This document shows positions 10,690 through 20,800 of a stretch of DNA of 32,000 bases, one piece after another (the first letter of the stretch is position 1; the number at the start of each line of letters is the position of its first letter). Below the pieces are notes generated by a model. It was given only the letters and a program-made list of their open reading frames with translations. It was not told the origin of the DNA and made no database searches. The translations under genes and the position numbers were made by a program. The DNA comes from Zygophlyctis sp. KS116 (lineage: Eukaryota > Fungi > Chytridiomycota), in contig BAAFSQ010000011.1 of NCBI GenBank assembly GCA_054661495.1, positions 30,001-62,000 of the forward strand, given 5' to 3'.

Positions 10690-11239
10690 ATGAATGAGAT
10701 GGAACTCTTTGTCAAAACCACAAACTTTGCAGCGATTGCCCATAAATCTCAAAAGAGAAAAGATCCTCAAGGAACTCCATACATTAACCATCCGATCGGT
10801 GTCTGTCAATTGCTCTGCGAAGCGGGAATAACTGATTTAATAGTTCTTCAAGGAGCATTATTGCATGATACTATAGAAGATACCAACGTGACCTTTGAAG
10901 AGTTATCTCTAGAGTTTGGACAATCAGTTGCTGATTTAGTAATGGAAGTTACTGATGATAAATCTTTACCATTGAAAGCTAGAAAGGACGCTCAAGTGTC
11001 TGATACTCCATTCAAGAGTAAGAATGCTAAACTGATCAAAATGGCTGATAAGATTTATAATTTGCGAGATCTTGATCAATCTATACCCGTTGGATGGAGT
11101 CAAGATCGTGTTAAAGAGTACTTTGTATGGTCTAAAAAAGTTACAGATTGTAAGAATATTTAAATTCATTATAGCATGCACTGGAATTAATTCTTATTTG
11201 GAAAATATTTTGGCTGATTTGTATGCGCACAAGCTGTAA
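10690..11239 (+). CDS. HDDC3: HD-domain (p)ppGpp/NADPH phosphatase MESH1/HDDC3
   Basis: [76 protein letters not shown]. Intron 11150-11174 (25). Last exon ends [18 protein letters not shown]. Confidence 0.93.
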
Positions 11240-11246
11240 AAAAATA

Positions 11247-13624
11247 ATGAAAAACGGATTTGAGCTTCCGCTTCGGGTAGTGATTCTCTCACTTATATCG
11301 GTCTTGGCTTTTTCGTCGAGGCTGTTTTCTATCATTAGATTTGAGTCTGTGATTCATGAGTTTGATCCATGGTTTAATTATCGTACAACTATTCAACTAG
11401 TAGAACAGGGATTTTACGAGTTTGTGAATTGGTAATTATTATATCTTATACCAGGTTTGATGAACTATCTTGGTATCCACTTGGTAGAGTGGTCGGAGGC
11501 ACTGTGTATCCTGGTATTATGGTAACGGCGGGACTTATGCACTGGATCTCGAATGCTCTGAATTTTACCGTGCATATAAGAGAAGTTTGTGTATTTCTGG
11601 CTCCTATTTTTTCAGCTTTTACTGCTATTGCAACTTATGCACTCACTGCAGAATTTAAGGATGAAAGTGCGGGTTTATTAGCAGCACTCTTTATGGGGAT
11701 CGCTCCAGGATATATTTCTAGATCAGTTGCAGGTTCATATGATAATGAAGCTATTTCAATTTTTTTACTAGTTTATACTTTTTACTGGTGGATTAGAGCC
11801 TTAAAAACAGGTAAAATCAAGGTATTTAATTATAGGTTCTGCGCTTTATGGAGCGGTTGCTGCTTTATTCTACTTTTATATGGTATCATCTTGGGGAGGT
11901 TACGTCTTTATTATTAATATGATTCCTCTTCATGCATTTGTATTGATATTAATGGGAAGATTTTCTACCAGACTATATATTTCTTATTCTACGTTTTATA
12001 TAATTGGAACGCTCTCTTCTATGCAAATTCCATTTGTTGGGTTTTTGCCGGTAAGAAGTAGTGAACATATGGCTGCTTTAGGTGAATCTATAATTCTAAT
12101 GGTTTAGGTGTCTTTGGACTATTGCAAATTGTTGCTTTTGCTGAATTTCTGAAAAGTTTGTTGTCAAAGGATGAATTTAAATTTGTATTTAGAGTTGCTC
12201 TGGCTTCAATATTCTTTGGTGGCTTGGGGGCACTGATGGGTTTAGTTTCAGCTGGATATATCGCGCCTTTTAATGGTCGTTTTTACTCACTATGGGATAC
12301 TGGATATGCCAAGATTCATATACCTATTATAGCCTCAGTCTCTGAACATCAGCCTACTGCTTGGCCATCTTTCTTGTTTGATTTAGGGCTTTTGATTGTA
12401 GTCTTTCCAGCTGGAATTTATCTGTGCTTTAAGAGTTTTAAGGATGAACATTTATTTGTGATTCTTTATGCAGCATTGGGATCTTATTTTGCTGGTGTTA
12501 TGGTCCGCTTGATGTTGACTCTAACTCCTATTGTGTGTATCGCTTCTGCAATCGCAATCTCTACAGTCTTTGATACCTATTTGAAATCCGAGGGAGGTGA
12601 ATCAGTTTCCGATAAGCCCGCTCAAGAAGATGCGTCCATAAGTGATGGTGAATCTGCTAAAAAAGATATTAAGAAACTAGCAAAGAAAAAGAAGTCTGCC
12701 AAAAAGGAATCTACAGAATCAAATGATTCTAAGTGGTATCCAGTATCTTCAAGCGTTTCAATATCGGTTATTTTGCCCATTGCGTATCTTTTAGCTCAGT
12801 TTGTTGCCCATTCGACTTGGGTAACTTCCCATGCATATTCTTCGCCATCTATAGTTCTAGCTGGGCAGAATCGTGATGGTAGCCAAAATATTATTGACGA
12901 TTTCCGAGAAGCTTATTATTGGCTTCGTCAAAATACCGATGAAAAGGCAAAGATTTTATCATGGTGGGATTATGGATACCAAATCACTGGAATGTCAAAT
13001 CGAACTGTGCTAGTTGATAATAATACTTGGAATAATACACATATTGCTACAGTTGGAAAGGCAATGTCTTGCTCAGAAGAAGTATCGTACGAAGTAATGA
13101 GAAAACATGATGTTGATTATGTTTTAGTTATTTTTGGAGCTTTACTAGGGTATTCGGGGGATGATATAAATAAGTTCTTATGGATGATCCGTATTGGAGA
13201 AGGAATATATCCAAATGATATTACTGAACGTAAATTCTTTACTGACCAAGGTGAATATGCAGTTGGGGCGAAAGCTACAGAGACAATGAAAAATTCTTTG
13301 CTTTACAAGCTTTCATACTATCGATTTTCTGAATTAGGACAGGGTCAACCAATGAGAGATAATGTACGCGGGGAAGAAATTCCTACTGACCCTATTAAAC
13401 TATCTGTAGTGGACGAAGGTATGATGTTATGATTTTTAAAATACCAGCATTTACTTCTGAACACGCTCTAGTACGAATCTATGAAGTCAAAAAACCGGAT
13501 AACATTGGGCGACCTCTACCTGTAGCTTCTAGGTATAACTTTTTGTCTAAAAAGTAGATTTGGTGCCAAGAGAAAGCGACCTCAAAGAAGAGTTACGAAA
13601 AAAAAGAGAAGAAACCAAGCGTAA
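11247..13624 (+). CDS. STT3: Oligosaccharyltransferase catalytic subunit STT3
   Basis: [66 protein letters not shown]. Introns: 11432-11454 (23), 11811-11835 (25), 12082-12107 (26), 13419-13447 (29), 13533-13557 (25). An alternative in-frame ATG at 11223 would overlap HDDC3. Confidence 0.97.
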
Positions 13625-13656
13625 GGGGGCTTAAAGATTTTGTTTATTGAAAAAAT

Positions 13657-14821
13657 CTACCAATTATCATTTCCCATTGAGTCAAAGAGATAATTAGCAG
13701 CCAATTCCTCATTCTTATCACAAGCTAAAAACGCTTCAGCCGCGACATTTCTATCGAATCCTAACGCAACCAACTACTATCAGTCTAAAAAACATACACG
13801 GTTAATAGCAGCATCATCCTCTGGAGAGATTGTTACATATTGAGCACCAGCAGCCCCACCTTCTTCTTCTTCAAATTCACCGCCTTCTCCCCCTTCTCCA
13901 AGAAGTGATAAAAACTGATCCTGATTAGAACTTATCAACTGCATCATTTCAGGAGAGCTTTGAGCCAATTGCTGCAACAATGGCTGCAGTAATTCCGGCT
14001 GTGCTTGAACCAATTGCCGTAACTGTTGAAATTGCGGTGAATTACGCAACATTGCTAATTGAGCTGCAGCACCCTGTCCAGCAGCAGGATTTACTGTATT
14101 TGTATTAGATCTAGTCTGATTAGCAGCCGCATCAAACATATTAAACGGTTGTCCAGCAGCTGTAGCACTTCTTTGAGCTTCTTGAGGCTCTGCAGTATTT
14201 ACCATTGGTGCAGGTGTAACATCTCTAGCAATGGATTCAGGAATTCCCTAATTTTTTTAAAAAATCCACGCTTATTACAGTCATTAGATATTCTGCAGCT
14301 CTATCAGGATTATTAAATGCAGCTCTCATTGCCCTTACAACTTGAGCCCTTTCAAAACCCATTTCTACCAATCCAGTGACTGCTGCCTCATATGCTGTCC
14401 CAGTAGCTAATGTAGTATCTGTTTGTACCAAACCTGGATCTGGAGCTGGAGCTGCAACTGCAACAGGAGCTGTAACAGAAGCTGGAGCTGGAGCTGGCGA
14501 GGGAGTTGGTACAGTTGCAGCGGGCACAGGTCCAGATGCAATCGCAGTTGCTGGCAGTGATGTTTGTGCGACTGTAGCTGCAGGAACAGACACTGCCTTT
14601 GGTTTAGTTACCATGACGACTAAGAAATCTTTTTCTTGTATATTCAAATCCTTGACCATTGATTCATCATTTAGAATTTTTCCTGAATGAATTAATTTCT
14701 GTAATTCAGTAGAGAATCCCTGTGACTCTTGAATTTTCTTTTTCAAGTCTAAAACATTATCTTGCTCCAGCGATTCAATATAAAAGGTTTTTTGCTGTAA
14801 AGTTTTGACGGTCAATTTCAT
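13657..14821 (-). CDS. RAD23: UV excision repair / proteasome shuttle protein Rad23 (UBL-UBA-XPC binding-UBA)
   Basis: [11 protein letters not shown]...[96 protein letters not shown]. Introns 14248-14278 (31) and 13774-13797 (24). Confidence 0.97.
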
Positions 14822-14853
14822 TTCTCACTTGAGAACCTATCCAACAACCCTGA

Positions 14854-15408
14854 ATGAATTTAAAAGTTGAGCTCATCAAGAAAGTGTCAGACGTCCGAGG
14901 CCTGCTTAGATCAACTGGACAGATGGCAGACGCAAGAATAACAAGAATTAAAGACGATAGAATGTATCTTAAAGTCAAGAATGTACTAGAATTTGAGGAA
15001 TTTTCTAAATTTGGTACTGTGGAACTTGCTCCTGTACAATTAGGAAATCTATTATTTTCTGAAAAAGGATGTGTAAATCCTCTGGAAAATACTTTACAGG
15101 ATGATATACAATACCAAGAGTTTTTACAAGATCCAACAGGGATAATAGAGTCTGTTGAAGCTCCAATGAATACTCTTACTACTCCTCTACTTGAAGCTCT
15201 CAGAGACAAGAAATCTCAAAAATCTAAAAAATCTAAAAAGGAATTGTATCAACCAGTAATAGCAAGTTCTCTAAAATCATTTAATGAGGCTCAATCAGAC
15301 TCTTTATCAAAAGATTCAAGTCTAGGAAAAAGTAGCAAGAAATCTAAAAAATCTAAAAAATCAAGAAAAGTTAATTTTGTACAAAAAGCAAGTTTGGACA
15401 AGTCTTGA
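14854..15408 (+). CDS. UPF3: Divergent, compact UPF3/Smg4-like nonsense-mediated decay factor
   Basis: RMYLKV, VELAPVQ (cf. VEFAPFQ), NTLQDDIQYQEFL (cf. GTIDDDPEYRKFL), TTPLLEALRDKK (cf. TTPLLSFLKNK) and LYQP occur in the UPF3 order. Intronless. Confidence 0.65.
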   Translation: MNLKVELIKKVSDVRGLLRSTGQMADARITRIKDDRMYLKVKNVLEFEEFSKFGTVELAPVQLGNLLFSEKGCVNPLENTLQDDIQYQEFLQDPTGIIESVEAPMNTLTTPLLEALRDKKSQKSKKSKKELYQPVIASSLKSFNEAQSDSLSKDSSLGKSSKKSKKSKKSRKVNFVQKASLDKS

Positions 15409-16530
15409 GGATTTTAATTCTGGATTCTAGAGGTTTTACAATTGTAGAAAAGGTTTCAATGGTTGTAAACACTCTCAAAAAGTTTTCTCCAATTAAACCA
15501 GAAATTTCAGAGTCTGACCAACCACGACTAATCATTTCAGAGACTAAATATGGGTATTTGGAGACATCTTCTAAACCTATAGGAACTGAATTTATACCAT
15601 CAAAATCTGATCCAAATCCTACATGTTTTCTACCTGCAATTTTTCCAATATGATCAATATGATTAGCTACATCTTGTAAAGTTGCTGTTGAAGAACATGT
15701 AATAAATTCTGGGTAAAAATTAACCATTACTATTCCATCTTTTAATTTTAACATTTTTAAAATTTCATCTGGAACATTTCTAGGATTATTACATAGAGTA
15801 TAAGAAGAAGAATGTGAAAAAATAACTGGAGTTTTAGAAATCTCCAAGACTTGTTTCATAACTTTATGTGACACATGTGAAATATCAATCATCATTCCTA
15901 ATCTATTCATTTCTAGAATTCCAGACCTTCCAGACTGAGAAAGACCACCATGGATTTCAGGTTTAGCACAAGAATCAGCCCATAATGTATGACAGGTATG
16001 AGTTAAAGTCATATATCTAGCTCCCAAGTCATACATCATTCTCTATACTATAAACTTGAAATTCTTACTAAAACACCCACAGAGTCATCAATAGAATGTC
16101 CACCTTCTAGTCCAATCATTGAAGCAATTTTCCCTTTTTTAGTAATTTCATAAATATCTGCAGAGCTTTTAGCAAATTCTAAATCTGAATTTAATGCAAT
16201 CATTCGATGTATCAAGTCAATCTGATTGAGCGTGTCCGAAACTGCAGAATTCCAAACTTTATAATCTGAACATGGTACATAAGCAGACCATATCTGAGCC
16301 TTTACACCTCCTTCCTTTAATCTATACAAGTCTGTATGAAAATTAGACCCAAGTCTACTTAAATTCAAATCATTAATTCTTCCATTATATAAGTCTGAAA
16401 TCTTTTCTGGTAAATCATTATGAGAGTCTATTAGAATATTATCTTTAATCAACTCTTGGGCCTTGTTTAAATGAATAGACTGGAGTGCTATTGCTCCTCC
16501 CGTGAATAGAAATTGTAAAATTATTCTCAT
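15371..16530 (-). CDS. Membrane/renal-type dipeptidase (peptidase M19) with N-terminal signal peptide
   Basis: LIDSHNDLP, HTDLYRL, AQIWSAYVPC, IGLEGGHSI, GARYMTLTHTCHTLWADS, EMNRLGMMIDISHVS, PVIFSHSS, RNVPD, HVGFGSDFDG. Intron 16043-16068 (26). The 3' end overlaps the UPF3-like CDS. Confidence 0.93.
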
Positions 16531-16598
16531 AATCTCAAAAGACGTAAATATCAGTATAATGATTGCAAAAAGAGAAAATTAAGGAAAATCAAAGGATG

Positions 16599-17003
16599 CT
16601 ACTTGCATGCCTTATCCCAAATGCCAAGATCAGCGCCAGTTCTTTGTAATTTCTTCTTAACATTCCTTGCCCGATCTTTTAAATTGACATTTGTTCTGTT
16701 TGCCAATTCTTCTGAAAAATGAGCCTTGATTGCTTTCCAGTCATTCCCAAATATGATCATTCCTTTTTCTAGGGCATCGGTCTCTTCTTTAGTCCATGGC
16801 TTTTTGACACCGGGCGGTCTGCGACGGGGAAATGGTTTGTTTTGATAAGGAGATAATGGCTTTGTGGGATCTAGAACAATACTTCCAAAGAATGGGCTTG
16901 GATTGATAGAAGTGGCAGAAGATGTTTGAGAGGGTTCATAAGGAGAATCTAATTCATCAAATTCATCATATCGATTATCATCAGTCAAGACTTTTTTCGA
17001 CAT
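16599..17003 (-). CDS. Small telobox-type Myb-domain protein (TRF/Tbf1/Teb1-like)
   Basis: KKPWTKEETDALEKGMIIFGNDWKAIK...LANRTNVNLKDRARN is a telobox Myb domain (cf. LKDKWRN/LKDKARN). The true start may lie further upstream. Confidence 0.75.
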   Translation of the reverse strand: MSKKVLTDDNRYDEFDELDSPYEPSQTSSATSINPSPFFGSIVLDPTKPLSPYQNKPFPRRRPPGVKKPWTKEETDALEKGMIIFGNDWKAIKAHFSEELANRTNVNLKDRARNVKKKLQRTGADLGIWDKACK

Positions 17004-17292
17004 TTTACAAGGCCTAGGTTTCAGGTTCAGGTAGCGGTTATCTTTGAAACTTGAGGGTAATTCTCCGTTTGAATGTCATTCTCCGTTGACTCTCTGGTCT
17101 CGGACAATGTCTTTTCAAAGTTAAGGATACTTTTTAAAGACTCTATAGAATCTCTCCTGATTTCTAGAATTAATTTTATAATACTTGTTCTTGTCAAGTG
17201 GGCGTCGTATTCTAGGTTTCATGCATGTTTCAAATTCAAAAACTACCCCTGACACTAGGCGTGACACTAAAACTTGAATTTGTAGTGAATTT

Positions 17293-17709
17293 ATGTTTTA
17301 TTTTTGTGGATCTATCCGTGGAGGACTTTCAGACACTCAAATTTATCATGAATTAATTAAAACTATTAAAGAATATGGAACTTGTCTTACTGAACATGTT
17401 GGAGATTTACAATATTTGGAAAATGAAAAAAGTTCAGATCAAGAAATTTGGATTAAAGATATGAGTATGTTAAAATCATCTAAATTGGTGATTGCAGAAG
17501 CTACTCTTCCTTCTCTTGGAGTAGGATATGAATTAGGAATCGCTGAATCTCTTAAAATACCTACGCTAGTCTTGTATAGAAATAATAGTAGGAGGTGTTC
17601 TGCAATGATTTCAGGAAATAGTTTTTTTATTTTAAAGTATTATGATACTGTACAAGAGGCTCAAACTATAATTAGAGAATTCATGACTGAATTTCACAAG
17701 AATCGTTAA
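17293..17709 (+). CDS. DNPH1: 2'-deoxynucleoside 5'-phosphate N-hydrolase (DNPH1/Rcl family)
   Basis: YFCGSIRGG, LTEHV, D...L....VIAEATLPSLGVGYELG and SAMISGN match the DNPH1/Rcl motifs. Intronless. Confidence 0.9.
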   Translation: MFYFCGSIRGGLSDTQIYHELIKTIKEYGTCLTEHVGDLQYLENEKSSDQEIWIKDMSMLKSSKLVIAEATLPSLGVGYELGIAESLKIPTLVLYRNNSRRCSAMISGNSFFILKYYDTVQEAQTIIREFMTEFHKNR

Positions 17710-17829
17710 TAAATTCAAGAGTCTTGAGACGTTTAAAAGTACATGTATGTGTAATGCATCATAGGAATAGGAATGCAGAACTACAAAATACTAAAAACAG
17801 GCCAGAACGTAGGGCGTTAGATTTTTTAA

Positions 17830-20800
17830 ATGCAAAGTGATCAAGAGTTTGTGGATCAGGACTCTCTTGATGAGAATATGGATGGGCAAGAACCTGTTTT
17901 CACTGTACAAGAGCCGAGTGGAAATAAAGACACAGAAGCTCAAGAACAACTGTTGGAGTTGGAAGACATGGAGCCAAGTTTTGATGAAATTCTGGATATT
18001 GAAGAAGAGGAAGAATTAGATTCTGAACAAGACGGTCAGGAAGACCAGAATGAACAGACGGGACTAGAGGAGGACCAAGACGATGAACACGAGGAGGAAG
18101 ACCAGCTGGATTTTGAAGATGAACAAGTGCAAAGTCAAGAATATGAAAATCCTTCTCTAGTGGAACAGCTGGAACAAGTTAAAAACTCTCTCGAGTTGAA
18201 GAGAATTCTTCAATTTTTGGGGATTTCAGAACTAAAAGACTTGAATCTCGAGGAATTTATTCAGAAATTACAGGAATTTATATTCTCTCAAGATGAAGAA
18301 TCTCAATTAAATCTAAAATCACAACTAGAAACTTTAAAGGCAAAAAATAGAGTTTTAGAAGTGGATTTAGAAGATAAGGGGAATAGGATAGAGCGTCTAA
18401 ATTATGAATCTAACAAGGAAATTTCTAAATTAAAAAAAGATCTAAAGGAATTTTCAGACAAGAATAATGAATTAAATCAGTTAATATCAGTGGAAATTTC
18501 TAAAAATAAACAAAAAGATTTGGAATTAAGGTCTACAAGGGATACAATGAATTCTCAAGTAGAAATAATATCAAAATTGGAAGGAGAAAAAAGAGAATTA
18601 TTTGCTTTAAATGTAAAGAAACAAGAAGAGTTGGAAGTTTTAAAGGAAAATTTAGATAATTTCTCTGGACAAATTAATTCTCTAAGGCAGGAATTAAGTA
18701 TGGCTTCACATGAATTAACAGATGTGCAAAGTTCAGATGCGAAAATGAGATCAGAATTAAGTATGTGTGAACAACAAATTGGACAATTAAAAAGGAATAA
18801 TGAATGGCTTAATCAGGAATTACAGAAAACTACACAAGAATTTAATGATTATAGGAGATCAAGGGTACTTTATTTTATCGCTAAGTTGCAAGGGTGAACA
18901 AATTTCACAGCTACAGAGTTTATTTGAGTCTTGTAGTCAAGAAAGAAGTAGTCTTGAAATTAAATCAGTTTCTCTAGAAAAGAAAAATAATGAATTGGAT
19001 GAAAAGGTTCAGAATTTATTAGAAAAAGTAAAATATGTAAAGCTTTTCAAGTTATTAAGCATTAGACTGAAGATTTAATGCATCTTGGTGAAAAACAATT
19101 TAGATCAGAGATGTTGTCTCAAAAAAAGCTCACAGAACTATATGAAGATAAAATGGCGCAGAATGAAGAACGTGTTTTAGAATTTCAAAATCTTATCAAA
19201 GATTTGGAGGGGAAAGTTGAGGCTTTTGCGGTTGAGAGGTCTCGAATTCTCTCTCAAAATGAAGAAAATTTAAAATATTTGCAAGAACAAATCTCAACTA
19301 AAAATTCTGAAATCGAAAAACTCCGAGGGGAATTGGAAAATATTAATCAAACTCTTCCTGAGAGTCAACAAAATGCTCAAAATGGGGTAAGTTTTATATA
19401 TTAATTCTTAGCTTGGACTTTTGAGTCCGAGTGCAGCCGCCGTATCTAGGCTGGAAAAATCCGGGAAAACGTTTACTGAAATTGTATTTAATTTGAACTA
19501 ATCCTTTAGTATTATGATTACACATCTTTACAAGAGCAATATGCCAAAGAAAAAAGAGAATCTGCTCGTGCTAAACAAATGCTAGAATCAATAATGAGTG
19601 AATTAGCTGAACGGGCCCCAGTGTATGAATCTTTTAGAGTAGATTTGGAAAATCTGCGTTTAGAAAATGAAGGAATGTTGCGGGATTTGACCAACGCTCA
19701 GAATAAACGGGATCAGTTGGATCAACAAGCTTCAGATCTGAAAGTAAAAGTTTCTAAATTAGAGAATGAAAATAGAGTGATAGCACAAGGTATTAATTGA
19801 AACTTCTCAATAATAGAGAATCGGGATTTGGGACGTCAAGTACAAGGCCTTTTACGACAAATTGAAACTGTTGGAACCGATTTCGCTGGAATAAGAACTT
19901 TAGAGGCGTCTTCTCTTCAGAGAATTGTAGATAGGAACGATGAAGGAGTCTCGCTTGATGTTTTAGGATCTGATTCTGATGCTCTTATTAGTGAGAAATT
20001 GGTCGTGTTTAGAAATATTGAGGAGTTGCAGAATCAAAACCAAACTCTTCGCCGCACAGTTCGAAATCTGTCTAAAAAAATGGAAGAATTTGAAAATGAA
20101 CAAAGTCGTCAAAGGGACGAACAAATTTCAAAGGAGATGGATGATGCCAGCAAGGCGATCGAAGCTTTACAAGAACAATTACGTGTTCAATCTCTTAAAC
20201 TGGATACTTTTGTCAGGGAGAGAGATCAATGGAAAAAAATTGCTGAAGGAAGACTGCCTTCCAGCTCACCTTTCAAGGATAACGGCAGTAGAGCACCGTC
20301 CCCGGGGTCTGAAGTAAGAAAAGGCGCCGAGATTGAAAATATGTACAAAGAAATTCAGGTAAATTTTCTTGATTAATCCCTCGATAGAATGAGTATGCTA
20401 TTTATCGTAAAGAATGTGACACAAATATAAAGATGCTGAAAGAAACGATCGACTCTTTAAATCAAGAAAAGCTTGAATTATCTATTCAATCAGCCCGATT
20501 AATGACTCAAAGTAATTACCAACAAGAGAGATATGACTTGCTGGTTGCAAATACTGAAGGACAGTCTAAGGAGCTGTCACTGCTCCGAGACAAATTAAGT
20601 ACTTCTGCATCCACGTTGACTAGACAAGAATCAAAGATTCAGGAGCTGACTGTCAATTTAAGCGAATCTCGGCAAACGCTTGAGATCATAAAAAATGAAA
20701 ATCAGCAAATGAAAATTGATCGTGAAGTTTGGAAGGCTACGGAAGCACGGACAATAAAAGAGCGGCAAGATCTAGTTCGGGAACGAAACTCCACCATTGA

